From Octopus vulgaris (taxonomy: Eukaryota), in contig OX597825.1 of assembly GCA_951406725.2 (NCBI GenBank), positions 11,780,001-11,844,000 of the forward strand: a stretch of 64,000 nucleotides of DNA, given 5' to 3'. Below, piece by piece: positions 1-12,569 of the stretch; position 1 is the stretch's first letter; each line of letters opens with the position of its first letter. The notes under the pieces are model-generated. The model searched no databases, was not told the DNA's origin, and saw only the letters and a program-made list of their open reading frames with translations. The position numbers were made by a program, and so were the translations under genes.

Positions 1-180
1 TTATGTGTTGCATACATACAGTCATATATCTGTATGCATTCATATACATGCATACATACATATATATACACATAAATATTTCGCATATATGTTAGGCTAG
101 GCTGTTTTTGCCTCTAGATCATAGTAGCATAAAGCTCAAATCACTAGACGAACCCTCAACTCCAGTTTCAATTAAAACAT

Positions 181-309
181 TATATATATATATATATAGA
201 AAGAGAGAGAGAGAGAGAGATAGGTAGGTAGATGTATATATATATATATGTATGTAAGTATATATATATATATATATATATATCTACCTACCTATCTCGC
301 TCTCTCTTT

Positions 310-340
<31 letters not shown>
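181..340. repeat. Compound microsatellite arranged as an imperfect palindrome
   Basis: (TA)n-(GA)n-TAGGTAGGTAGAT ... ATCTACCTACCTATCTC-(TC)n-(TA)n; the two halves are reverse complements. Confidence 0.8.
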
Positions 341-1269
341 CGAATTAAAATACATCATATATGTATATGTATATATGTAAATGTATATACTCACACACAC
401 ACATATGTATGATGAATACAAAATTTCTTTTATTGGATTTAACTATGGAAGCATCATAAAAATCAACAAGAAATTGACTGCAGAATAAAATATCAACGAA
501 GCTGGCGATAGATGAGAATAAGAGAAAAGAGAAGGAACACAATGTCTAGTGAAGATAATCGTTAAATATTACCTTGACAACACATTTATTTCGGCTGATT
601 TTGTAATATCTATATTTATTAAGGAAATCTAATATATTATTAACGCTAGGGGAAAACAATTATTGGAAAAGAATGGCAAACGAAGTATGCCGAATAAAAC
701 AAGGGACGGTGAGTTGTAAGAAGTATATAATGAATAGTTAGAGCCTTTATGAGTTTTCAAAAGATAGAGAGAAATATGTGAAGAAAAAGAACGAAGAATC
801 GAACCAACGCCTAACAAAAAAAAAGCGATAATTCAATAATACGGAGAGGAAAATAAGGAAAATTACTAACGAAATACATAGCGGCCTACACATAAAAAAA
901 TATGTCTGTTGTTTTATGTCTTTATAAACGCTTGTGTTAGTGGTGATGATTTGACATATATTAACTCTAATGGAGCGGATCTATCAAATGAATTTCTTGT
1001 ATGAATATCTTATATTTCAATGCATATGAGTGTGCTACTGTATATATGATAGTAAACTGTTATTTAAGAGTTTGTAGGGAGAGAGCTGGCTGCTATTTCG
1101 TGTAAACTGAGCGGCTACCTAGAAATTTCATTGAGAAGGCAATGATGGGAAGTTGAAGATAATAAAGAGCAATTGCCTTAATCAGCGTTGTGCAGAAGAA
1201 AATAAACTTGATATATATGCATACATAGATGTAAACATGAATAATATAAACGAGTATATACATACATTC

Positions 1270-1305
<36 letters not shown>

Positions 1306-1432
1306 CGTATATGAATATCTGTAAACCTAACGTTTTTTATTCCCATTCCTCGAAAGAAAAACAACTCTTGGCTCCTTTCACGACCCAGAAGTTTGATTTG
1401 ATTGTCAGCTTTTAATATTATAAATATATCCA

Positions 1433-1635
1433 CGGCGGCGAGCTGGCAGAATCGGTAGCACGCTGAGGAAAATGCTTAGCGGCGTTTCAATTGCCTTTCC
1501 GTTGCGAGTTCAAATTCTGCCGCCATCGACTTTGTTTTTCATGCTTTCAAGATCGATAGATTACCTACCAGTTAAGTTGGTGCAATAGACTTACCTCCAC
1601 CCCCAAAGTTCTTTGCCTTGTTTCAAAATTTGAAA
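1433..1635 (+). mobile_element. SINE family A, diverged copy
   Basis: GGCGGCGAGCTGGCAGAATCGGTAGC head, B-box-like GAGTTCAAATTC, degenerate GTCGACTTTGCCTTTCATCC core. Confidence 0.8.
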
Positions 1636-2499
1636 TCAGTATTTAAATATATCCAGCTAGTCTATATACAACGTGCCTACTCTCTGAAGAAAGAGAGAGA
1701 GAGGAAGAGAATGAGAAAGAATGAGACAAATAATGTAAGGGAAAAAGGGGGTGAGAAAAACATGGTGGTGAAAAGAACCAAGAGTTGTGTTACTTTCGGG
1801 GAATGGGAATTAAAAATGGTTATTAATTAAACTGATAAGTTTAAAGTTTGTGAATCTGGTTGATTGTTCACCATTTCGTTAATAGAAACTTATGTACATG
1901 ATAGCATTTAGTGAAAATCTCGCGTCTATTGTAGAAGTTAGTAGGTTGGTTGAATCCTTATGTTTAAAAAACATTCAAATTTTTCCGGTTGTACAAATAC
2001 TTCACCACCTTCAAATTAACGTATGGCGTAGATCGTTCTACGATGTTTGATTTGATAGTGTAAGGAGTTTTATTCACCCTCGGCTTCCATATCATAGCTA
2101 ACTTAATGGTTTTCCTCTTAACTTAGTGCCAGACAGAAGACTGGTGCTCGGCATATATTCTTTTATAGTCACTTTCGTCTAGACCGATATACCTTCTTTT
2201 TGAATTTTCTTTATTGTATAGAACTGAGGTGATCTTAGTTTCATAAATAAATGAACTAAACGGTAATGCATAGTTGAGTGGGCAAGTACTTGATTCTCTA
2301 CAGTTACACTTTGGAGTAGGTACTTGGTTTGACTTAAATGAAATATTTTTTTATGTTGGGGAAACTGCCATAACAATTTTATCCAAGTTATATTGAAACT
2401 ATTCATATGCTTTTAAGGGAAATATTTATTTATCAAGACAAAGAATTTTCCACGCAAAGTTTTTTTAACTTTTCAAAGACAAAAAATGGGCAACTATAT

Positions 2500-2501
2500 A
2501 C

Positions 2502-2532
<31 letters not shown>

Positions 2533-2590
2533 CATACATACATACATACACATACATACATACATACATACATACACACACACATACATA
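2500..2590. repeat. (TACA)n microsatellite
   Basis: Direct tetranucleotide repeat. Confidence 0.95.
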
Positions 2591-3671
2591 ATGTGAGAGA
2601 GAAGGTGCGTGCGTGTGTGCATGTATTTATCTGTCTTTTACTCGGTTCAGAATTTGGACTAAACTCATGCTGGGCTACAATCCGCCTTAAAAAGTTTTAG
2701 ACGAAAGATTGACCCCTGTACTATGTTTTAAAGTGTGGCACTTGTTCTATTAACACTGTAATTACTAGAACAGAATTCTACCCTACGTCCATAGACTGGG
2801 TCAATCTTAGGGTACCAAGGTGTCCCTAAGCTAGAACCCTATGGTGATTGAGAAAATATTGCAATAATAAAATTTCTGAAAACCACACAATAAAACTAAT
2901 CGTAACCAAATTACCGTATTTCATTATAAAGACAGGACATCAATAATTAGCTGATGTTTATCATTTAATTATTGAGCACTCCACCCATGAAAATAGTCAT
3001 AATCTCTTTCATGACAGGGAAATCAGGAATATTAATATCTTGGTTACCTATTTCAGAGTTGGTAGATGATACTGATGTTAGTTCTTCAAGAAAACATAAT
3101 TCTAATATAATTGGTACACTAATACTGCTCTAAATTCATATAATTATTATAGCTTCGGAATATTGGATAATAAATGTAGAAACAAGCTTTATTAATAATC
3201 TTAATTATATATACATACACATATATGTGTGTGTGTTTGTATGTATATAAGTATGTGTATACATGTACTTATCCTAATGAAATCTTAATAATATTCATCT
3301 GTTCTCTATTATTGCTTACTTCGATACATTACAAGGGTAGAGTAGCGGATGGCCAATCACTTTCATAACAAGGTCGAGACAATATTTTGTGATATTTGGT
3401 AATACGTTTCGATTTCCATTCTTGAAAATGTCAGCCTTGCCTTTCATATTTCCGGAAAAAAAAGAACCCATCAATTTGGTCGCCTGACCCCACTTATCAA
3501 AATGCCTGGCGTTTGGCTTACATTATAAAGAATATCTAATTCATAGAATTACTTTATAAATCCGTTCAATGATGATAAACTTCAAGTTTTGTCATGAAAG
3601 CAGCAATCTCGGGGGAAAGAGATATGTTGATTATATCGACCTCGGAGCTCAACTGGTACTAAGGTTATCTA

Positions 3672-3902
3672 AAGCGGCGAGCTGGCAGAAACGTTAGCAG
3701 GCCGGGCGAAATGCTTAGTGGTATTTCGTCTGCCGTTACGTTCTGAGTTCAAATTCTGTCGAGGTCGACTTTGCCTTTCATCCTTTCGGGGTCGATAAAT
3801 TAAGTACCAGTTGCGCACTGGGGTCGATCTAATCGACTTGGTCGGTTTGAATCTCCTTGTTTGTCCACTCTGTATTTAGCCACTTGTACGTAGTAAAGAA
3901 AT
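3672..3902 (+). mobile_element. SINE family A monomer
   Basis: Full head plus core plus ...GTAGTAAAGAAA tail; matches the other copies in the window. Confidence 0.9.
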
Positions 3903-3914
3903 TGTTACTAAAGT

Positions 3915-4040
3915 TATCTACTCGGAAGAACAAAAGGCAAAGTCCACCTCGGCGTATTTTGAATTCAAAACGTAAAGACAGACAAAATGCTGCTAAGCAA
4001 TTTCCAGCGCGTTCTAACAATTCTGCCAGGTCATTGCGTT
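3915..4040 (-). mobile_element. SINE family A 5' fragment, diverged
   Basis: Reverse complement of the head (AAGGCAAAGTCCACCTCGGCG ... CTGCCAG). Confidence 0.75.
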
Positions 4041-4118
4041 AATCATTTCCATGATTATTGTTAACAATATTAATTCTGTTATAATATATGTCTGTTATGT
4101 CAATTATAATTTATGATA

Positions 4119-4503
4119 TCTCTCTCTATATAAACGGCAGTTTGTCTGTGCGTGTTTCTGTGTGTCTGTTAGGTTGTACCCTCACCCTGACCACGGCTTT
4201 CAACCGATTCTGATGAAACTTGACACACACATAGCCCAATGTCATAATTCAAAACTAACGCAGTGAAAATTTTGAAAAGTTCCCCCAGTTCTGAAAAAAA
4301 TCGATAAATTCGACATGGGGTCGAGAATCAGAAACACGAACCACAAACTGTCTAGGGGACGCAACTCCACCTTTTTTAAATCTCAAAAAAAAATTTACCA
4401 TAATTTTTTTCCATTTTTTTGCTATTTTTTGGCTATAACTCTCTAAAAATGCTTTATAGTTATTTCCCTTACAAACCTGAGCAACGCCGGGCGATACTGC
4501 TAG
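4119..4503 (+). mobile_element. Non-autonomous Helitron
   Basis: Starts TC (TCTCTCTCTATATAAA) after A4118, ends CTAG before T4504; GC-rich subterminal hairpin-like motif at 4476-4491; no TSD; termini shared with 42470-42845. Confidence 0.85.
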
Positions 4504-4796
4504 TACACAATATAACAGACAACACCTACTAATAGCAACTAATTCCGATAATAGTGGAGTGTTTCTAACAAAAAGCAAAATATATTATTAATCTTAACAT
4601 CTGTCTCGTTATTAAATGAAATCAAAATACCATTAGCTGTAAATTCGAATAATATTTAGTGTACTAAAGTTTTGAGGTAAACAGACACTAATGTTAATCA
4701 TCTGGAAAAAATAAAAGATTTAGTAATAAACGATTTGTTGTCTCCCGGGTGGGTCATTTGGCTAACATTAGCACACGCATTGGTTCAATTCCCATA

Positions 4797-4964
4797 CTGT
4801 ATTCTAACAGTCGGTTGTCTAACCGTTTAACCAATTAAGTAATCGATCGCTTGATTAATGATTTAGAATGCCAAGGAAAGGATTCGAAATATTCAGCGTA
4901 CTGAGCGAACAATTAATCAGACGATTAGACAATTGGTTAAATAGTTAACCATCGACAAATACAG
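4797..4964. mobile_element. Degenerate foldback/MITE-like element
   Basis: Imperfect ~60-bp inverted arms: CTGTATT..GTCG..TTTAACCAATT..TAATCG..TGATTAAT vs ATTAATCA..CGATTA..AATTGGTTAAA..CGAC.AATACAG. Confidence 0.55.
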
Positions 4965-5042
4965 AAGTAAAATTCAGGTAGAAGGTGTGTTTATAATCGG
5001 CATAAAGACCCGCTCTATGTATAACATACTATATTTCAATTC

Positions 5043-5417
5043 GTGGAGGCCCAGTGGTTAGGGCAGCGAACTCGCGGTCATAGCTTCGCGGTTTCGATTC
5101 CTAGACCGGGCGTTGTGTTTATTGAGCGAAAAAACCTAAAAGCTCCACGAGGCTCCGACAGGGGATGGTGGTGATCCCTGCTGTACTCTTTCACCACAAC
5201 TTTCTCTCACTCTTACTTCCTGTTTCTGTTGTACCTGTATTTCAAGGGGCCGGCCTTGTCACTCTCTGTGTCACGCTGAATATCCCCGAGAACTACGTTA
5301 AGGGTGCACGTGTCTGTGGAGTGCTCAGCCACTTACACGTTAATTTCACGAGCAGGCTGTTCCGTTGATTCCGATCAACCGGAACCCTCATCGTCGTAAC
5401 CGACGGAGTGCTTCCAC
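5043..5417 (+). mobile_element. SINE family D (tRNA-derived head), near full length
   Basis: A box (GGCCCAGTGGTTAG) and B box (GGTTTCGATTCC); 11-bp TSD TATTTCAATTC at 5032-5042 and 5418-5428; near-identical copy at 63634. Confidence 0.92.
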
Positions 5418-5544
5418 TATTTCAATTCATGAGTTCATATCGAGAATCTTTCAAATCAAATAAAATATTGATATAGCATATCAAACAAAGAAATGCAAGT
5501 CAAATAAAACTTCCCATTATTACGCTAGGTACTAGGAATATGTC

Positions 5545-7460
5545 CAGTATCAGTATCAGTTCCTCCTGTGCTCTCGAGTACACACGGCAGTGCAAGCTAA
5601 CGCCACTGGCTTCTTCTAGCTGAAGGTATCTGTACACACGCCTATGCAATACTGGTCTTTCTCATGGCAGTTGTGAAGGTTCTGCTTCCCGTAATTTTCT
5701 CTTTACCTCTCTTTCTGTTTCCCCTTGGTGGTGTCCAGTTGAAAAATATTTGAGAATGGCTTTCTTCTTGTAGCTAAAGCGTAGGACCTGTTTGCTTCAG
5801 TCTTCGTTCCGTCATGAGTTCGTTAAGTGATCTTTTGTTGGTTCACTTTGGAACGCCTTCGTTTGTTACGTTGTTATCTAGCGCATTTTCAGAATACTTC
5901 TCAAGCATATTTGACTGAAAACATGTAGGTTCCTGTCTATTTTAATGATGTTCTTCGTGGTAGAACTATGTCATTATAGAGCCGGATCTTTGTGTGCAAT
6001 CTGAGGGTGTTGGAGGACCATACAGTGCTCATTCTCTGGAACACCTATTTCTTTACTACCCACAAAGGGCTAAACACAGAGAGACCAAGCAAGGACAAAC
6101 AAACGGATTAAGTCGATTACAACGACCCCAGTGTGTAACTGGTACTTAATTTATCGACCTCGAAAGGATGAAAGGCAAAGTCGACCTCGGCGGAATTTGA
6201 ACTCAGAACGTAGCGGCAGACGAAATACCTATTTCTTTACTACCCACAAGGGGCTAAACACAGAGAGACCAAGCAAGGACAAACACACGGATTAAGTCGA
6301 TTACATCGACCCCAGTGTGTAACTGGTACTTAATTTATCGACCTCGAAAGGATGAAAGGCAAAGTCGACCTCGGCGGAATTTGAACTCAGAACGTAGCGG
6401 CAGACGAAATACCTATTTCTTTACTACCCACAAGGGGCTAAACACAGAGAGGACAAACAAGGACAGACAAACGGATTAAGTCGATTACATCGACCCCAGT
6501 GCGTGACTGGTACTTAATTCATCGACCCCGAAAGGATGAAAGGCAAAGTCGACCTCGGCGGAATTTGAACTCAGAACATAACGACAGACAAAATACGGCT
6601 ACGCATTTCGCCCGGCGTGCTAACGATTCTGCCAGCTCGTCGCCTTATTCTCTGGAACACCGCCGCAGCTTTATCACTTCCATGGTTGATTTTAGTCTCA
6701 ATATCATCATTGATACTGATGATGCCTCGATGTTTTGCTGATTGATCTTTTGCATTGTTGTTTGACAGTCATCATTTGTAGTGTTCATTGTTCTGGTTTT
6801 CATACTGATTCTTAAACCAATTTTTTCAGCTTTCTGTTCCAGCTCTGACTTGAGCAGTTCCAGGTTCTTATCATGTCATCAACAAAATCTAGCTCTTTCA
6901 GTTTAGTTTGTAGTTTCTATGATATTCCCCCATCGGGTATCAGTGCTGGTCTCTATCGGAAAAAAAACTGTAGGGACAGCAGAGTCGACAAAATGCAGCC
7001 TTGTCTCAAGCCAATAAAGATGTGAAAGGAGTCTGTATTCCCTGTTTCAGTTCGAACATAGCATCGTGAGTTTGAATAAACTTCTCTTTAAATATATTGA
7101 CAAAGCATTCAGGGAAGCCCTAGTGCAAGACAATTCTCCACAAGGACTTTCTGAGGAAGCTATCAAATGCCTTCTTAGAAAGAAAGAAAAAAATCTTCAG
7201 CATTCTTTTATACACAGTTCAAATATGTTTCTGCGAATAAAGCGTACGATCGGTTGTTACAAAATCCAGCTTGAACCTCATGTAATACAGCATCCGCATC
7301 CTCTTTCAACCTGTTTAGAAGCACTTTTGCAGGTACTGACTGCACTTATTACAGTTCAAATTCCCCAACGATTCTTTCTTGTCAACTCTGTGGCATTCTC
7401 TGCCCACGCCAGCAGCCATCAAACAGACTTTCAACGGTAATTTCATCAAATACAGCAGCG
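5545..7460 (-). mobile_element. RTE-clade LINE 3' portion, degenerate RT pseudogene, interrupted by a SINE
   Basis: Minus-strand remnants GLRQGCILSTLL (~6980-7012), LDFVDD (~6875-6892), C-terminal NWTPPRGNRKRGK and ARRSQWR; short (CTGATA)n tail near 5545-5560. Confidence 0.8.
6046..6646 (-). mobile_element. SINE family A trimer (head plus 3 x 184-bp unit) nested in the RTE LINE
   Basis: Units start at 6044, 6228 and 6412 on the + strand; 15-bp TSD ATTCTCTGGAACACC at 6031-6045 and 6647-6661. Confidence 0.95.
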
Positions 7461-8122
7461 TCGTTGAATTTCAATTCTTTTTTGTATGCTTGCTGCTGCA
7501 ATCTCTTGGTTCGTTATAGAAATATTTCCGGTAAGTTCATAATTATGTTGTACGGTCGTAAGAGTTTGGTTATATTCGTATATATAATGTGTGTTAAAGA
7601 TCTATTGAACGTATTAAACATCATATATGAACCACCACTGATATACGCGTATTAGCTACCAGTACACACACACACAAGTACATACACATATATGTATAAA
7701 TACACAAACAATACATGAGAGCTATGAATGCTCAGTTTAGGAAACACATGGTAGTACACAAATGAATTTGAACTTAAAATTCCGAATTCTTCGTATATAC
7801 GTATGTACATATACATACATATATATATATATATAACTGCGTGAATATATACTTGTGTAAGCGTGTGTGTATGTATGTTTGTGTGTGTGTGTGTGCGTGT
7901 GTGTGTGTGCACGCGTCTGTGTATAAGTGCGTGCCTGTATGGTTTTGGTTTTCAGAAAGCAATCTTCGCTGAAGTCTTGTTGAGAAATGCGTTCTTAGGC
8001 AAAGGTTATTTCCTCGACTCCAGCAGTGTATAAGGCCCATGCAGTGACTATTCCATTGAACAGAAAGATTCCTCGTAGAGTGATTAATATCGTCATATTT
8101 ATACATATCCATTAATACATAT

Positions 8123-8380
8123 GTGCAGGCGCGTGGCTTAGTGGTTAGGGGTGTCAGCATCATGAACGTAAGATTGTGGTTTCGAATCCTGGAACGGGCG
8201 ACGCGTTGTGTTCTTGAGCAAAACACTTCATTTCACGTTGCTCCAGTCCACTCAGCAGGCAAAAATGAGTAACGCTGCGATGGACTGGCATGCTGTCCAG
8301 CTGGGGAACACATACGCCATTGAAACCGGGAAACAGGGCCCATGAGCCTGGCTAGGCTTTAGAAGGGCGCATTTAATTTT
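8123..8380 (+). mobile_element. SINE family C (tRNA head, CORE-like and V-like central segments)
   Basis: GGCGCGTGGCTTAGTGGTTAG A box, GGTTTCGAATCC B box, TGTGTTCTTGAGCAAAACACTT, CTGCGATGGACTGGC; other copies at 12355, 43699 and 58296. Confidence 0.9.
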
Positions 8381-8644
8381 TATGTATACATATAAATATA
8401 CGTATGTACATATGTGTTTCAATTCACAAAGCCGAGGCTAATACGTAACCATATACGTAACACACACACACACAAACACTATATTTATATATGTGTAAGT
8501 ATATGCTTGCATATGTATACATGAATTCTAACTTTGGACTGGAACAGGACAGTGCTGATAACCCAGTGTTCGGGTCGAGTACTTTTCTGGAAATACACTA
8601 ACTTCACATCCTACAAGGACCTTATGCATAGTTTAAATTTATAG

Positions 8645-8810
8645 AAAATCAAAGACGAAGACAGGTGTAGGAACAACAAGCAAGGGTATTATTTTGATGC
8701 TCGGGAAAATGGAAAAGTCTGTTAGGTTTCGAGCCTACGCTCCTCGACAGAAATGAATAAGAAGAAATAAACAGAGAGAATGAAAAAAAAAACGTGTTAT
8801 GTTCAGTGGT

Positions 8811-8812
<2 letters not shown>
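8645..8812 (-). mobile_element. Penelope-like short repeat fragment with a hammerhead-like motif (8718-8755)
   Basis: Minus strand reads CTGTCGAG-GAGC-GTAG-GCTC-GAAAC; homologous to 46860-46997. Confidence 0.6.
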
Positions 8813-8855
<43 letters not shown>

Positions 8856-8970
8856 TACACATATATATATGCATATATATGTGTGTGTATATATATGTGC
8901 GGTGCTCCAGAATAGTTGCCGTCAAATTACTGAACCATATAAAACAAATTATTAAAGATATACACATATA

Positions 8971-9134
8971 GGCGCTGGAGTGGATGTGTGGTAAGTAGCT
9001 TGCTAACCAACCACATGTTCCGGGTTCAGTCCCACTGCGTGGCATCTTGGGCGAGTGTCTTCTACTATAGCCCCGGGCCGACCAATGCCTTGTGAGTGGA
9101 TTTGGTAGACGGAAACTGAAAGAAGCCTGTTGTA

Positions 9135-9176
<42 letters not shown>

Positions 9177-9454
9177 CATATTTTCTATAAATTTTTCTAT
9201 ATATTTGATTTTCTATAATATGTGTGTGTGTATGTGTGTGTGTTTGTGTGTGTGTGTTTGTCCCCCTAGCATTGCTTGACAACCGATGCTGGTGTGTTTA
9301 CGTCACCGTCACCTAGCGGTTCAGCAAAAGAGACCGATAGAATAAGTACTTGGCTTAGAAAAAATAAGTCCCGGGGTCGATTTGCTCGACTAAAGGCGGT
9401 GCTCCAGCATGGTCGCAGTGAAATGACTGAAACAACTAAAAGAGTAAAGAGAGT
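8971..9454 (+). mobile_element. SINE family B with internal (TA)n/(TG)n tract
   Basis: tRNA-like head (GGGTTCAGTCCC B box), CORE-like CTTGGGCGAGTGTCTT, 3' tail GGCGGTGCTCCAGCATGG..GACTGAAAC..(AAGAGT)n. Confidence 0.92.
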
Positions 9455-10439
9455 ATACCTAGATATATAAATAGATAATGGGATTCCGTACAGTATCCGC
9501 TCTACTGAATCTTCGTAATTTATCAGTTATTTCAAATCTTTCCAAGAGAAACACTTGTCTAACTTGCCACGCAGTTAAAGTGGAAGCGGGGCCGCGTTTT
9601 TAAATTAAATTTCCTAACTCCCAAACTATTCCTATACATATGTATACAAATGTTTTATAATTAAACATAAGTTCATTAGGGTCTTGTGTAATTAAGATAA
9701 TATATAATATCTAAAATAGATTACGAAAACCTCGTGTGCATACTAAAATATAGCATATAGCTCTCGCCATATTCCAACGAACGAAGCGACTAAATATAGC
9801 GTATGGAATTGAAATGTGGCGTGTAATTATGGAAGTAATATATATTTAATATTACATTAAGCATTCCTATTTTGTAGATAATCGCTCGAATATTCTTTTT
9901 CAGCAACAATAGATGTTTTAATTCTGTTCGCATTCTGAGTCGTTTTTAGATTCAGTAAGTAGAGTTTGGGCAATAAAGAACTAACATACACACATACGCC
10001 CATACGCCTGTGCGCGTGTACACAAACGCATTAAACGCAGGCATACGCATACGCACAGGCACATACGCGCAAACACATACACATACATATACCTACATCT
10101 GTATGTACATTCGTATGCTGTAATGGAATAAATAAGCAAACCAAACTACATTAAACGCACTTAAATTAGAAAAATGGGCAAAATTTACATAAAACAGCCT
10201 ACACATATACATGAATATATGTGTGTGCGTTTGCGTATATAAACATGTGTACATATATATATATACACGTACACGTATGTATATATGCATTCAAATATAC
10301 ACATATATGTGTGTGTTTGTGTTTGTGTATGTCGTTGTTTGAAGTGTAGATGCGTATGCAAAAATACTCTCGAACGCACGTTTCTAAATTATACGCTGTA
10401 AGAAATTATAATATATGTTTCGAATACGATGTATCGGCA

Positions 10440-10487
10440 TGTATATACATCTATATAAGTATATATATACATATATATGTATGTATG

Positions 10488-10531
<44 letters not shown>

Positions 10532-10657
10532 ACATATATTTATACATATACATACATATATATGTATATCTATATATATGTATATCTATATATATATGTA
10601 TATATATATACACATACATATATACATATACATACATATATGTATACACATGTATCT

Positions 10658-10737
<80 letters not shown>
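10440..10737. repeat. Compound (TA)n/(TACA)n/(TC)n microsatellite
   Basis: Direct inspection. Confidence 0.95.
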
Positions 10738-10739
<2 letters not shown>

Positions 10740-11784
10740 GTCGTATCGTGTACATATATTCCCATATTAATGAATAATAACTAACAATAACAGAACATTT
10801 TTTGAACATTTTCCTTCATCATTTTCTGTCTAAATTTCGAAATTCATAAATAATTATGAAAGCGTATTATTTACATATACAATTGATGGGAATTTAATAT
10901 ATAAATAGTTTACTTAATAAGAAATTAATCTACATAACGTCATTGTTTTTCGAATTAAGGATCTAGTTTATCTGCTTCTGCGCTCTCCTTCACAGGTTTA
11001 GATATAACTTTTCAAATTCTTGTAATATTATACGTTAACAATATCTGCAGTTTAAAACATTTCATCTAATATTAATAAGAGCATTTTCAAACGCTTAAAT
11101 AATAATTTAAATTTGTTTAATTTTATGTGCTAGGCATTTAATTTCAAATTTTAATAGTTAGAACTTCGAGGTCTTTTTTAAGCATTTGAAATATATACAT
11201 ATGATATGAGAAGATAACAATTTAAACGCATAGAAATTATAATTCTATGAAGTTTAAGATATAAATAAGAATGGGAAAACACTCGGGAAAAACAAATATA
11301 AACATATTAAGCATATAAACATATTAGGCTAAGTATAAGTAAACTAAATAACGTGATGCACAATCAGATATTTCTCATAAAATTTCGATTCTAAGGTCAA
11401 AAGATGAACATATAAGATATAATTCTTTCAGTTGAAATAGTTATACCAATTACGAGATAGATCGAAGTTTGAAAGTAAAAATTAAATATATAATAAAACA
11501 TAATTATAGTTTGGTAAATATTAATTTATATCTAAACAACAATTATTAAATCAGAGGTTGGTATCGCACACACTCAGACACAGCACACTCACACACACAC
11601 AAACAGACACACAAGCTCACATACGCCACCCCGCCTTCGCATCTCACACACACAACTCGTGATCATGTCAGTCCACAACTATTAAAGCATTCGTTATTGA
11701 ATGCAGGATATGTTGTAAATAGATTTATTCATTTTCTTATAGCATGGCCATTATGTTTCAGCAATAAAATATTCTCTATGATTT

Positions 11785-11788
<4 letters not shown>

Positions 11789-11861
<73 letters not shown>

Positions 11862-11899
11862 GAGACAAACAAACATATATATATATATATATATATATA
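11789..11899. repeat. (CA)n plus (TA)n microsatellite
   Basis: Direct inspection. Confidence 0.95.
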
Positions 11900-12059
11900 C
11901 AGGAGTGGCTGTGTAATAGAAACTTTCTTACCAACCACATGGTTCCGGGTTCAGTCCCACTGCGTGGCACCTTGGGCAAGTGTCTTCTACTATAGCCTGA
12001 GGCCGACCAAAGCCTTGTGAGTGGATTTGGTAGACGGAAACTGAAAGAAGCCCGTCGTA

Positions 12060-12128
<69 letters not shown>

Positions 12129-12335
12129 TTGTGTATCTGTGTTTGTTCTCACCCCCAATATCGCTCGACAACCGATGCTAGTGTTTTTGAGTCCCCGTTA
12201 CTTAGCAGTTTGGCAAAAGAGACCGATAGAATATGTACTAGGCTTACAAAGAATATGTCCTGGGGTTGATTTGCTCGACTAAAAGTCGGTGCTCCAGCAT
12301 GGCCGCAGTCAAATGACTGAAACAAGTAAAAGAGT
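11900..12335 (+). mobile_element. SINE family B
   Basis: Same head, body and tail as the 8971 copy. Confidence 0.92.
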
Positions 12336-12354
12336 ATATTGTATAAAGTTATAT

Positions 12355-12552
12355 GTGGAGGTACGTGGCTTAGTGGTTAGGGTGTCAGCATCAGGATCGT
12401 AAGATTGTTGTTTCGATTCCTGAACCGGGCGACGCGTTGTGTTCTTAAGCAAAACACTTCATTTCACATTGCTCCAGTCCACTCAGCTACCAAAATGAGT
12501 AACGCTGCAATGGACTGGCGTCTCGTTCAGCTGGGGAACACATACGCCATAG
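12355..12552 (+). mobile_element. SINE family C, 3'-truncated
   Basis: Matches the 8123 copy up to CATACGCCAT. Confidence 0.9.
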
Positions 12553-12569
12553 AAAATGTAGTTATATAT

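Noticed and set aside
6044-6600. Regular repeats that could suggest a CRISPR array or satellite
   Set aside because: Contiguous 184-bp units without unique spacers, inside a TSD-bounded SINE in eukaryotic DNA; no cas genes
6499-6741. Recurring peptide RKDERQSRPRRNLNSE in several ORFs
   Set aside because: Antisense translation of SINE family A; no sign of coding constraint
7955-8003. Possible small exon after TTTTGGTTTTCAG (KAIFAEVLLRNAFLGK)
   Set aside because: Weak donor, no recognisable homology and no partner exons
10350-10784. Many 60-185 aa ORFs rich in YI, HT or CV dipeptides (here and at 16.8, 25.8, 26.6, 53.4 kb etc.)
   Set aside because: They are translations of stop-free (TA)n/(CA)n/(TG)n microsatellites, not genes
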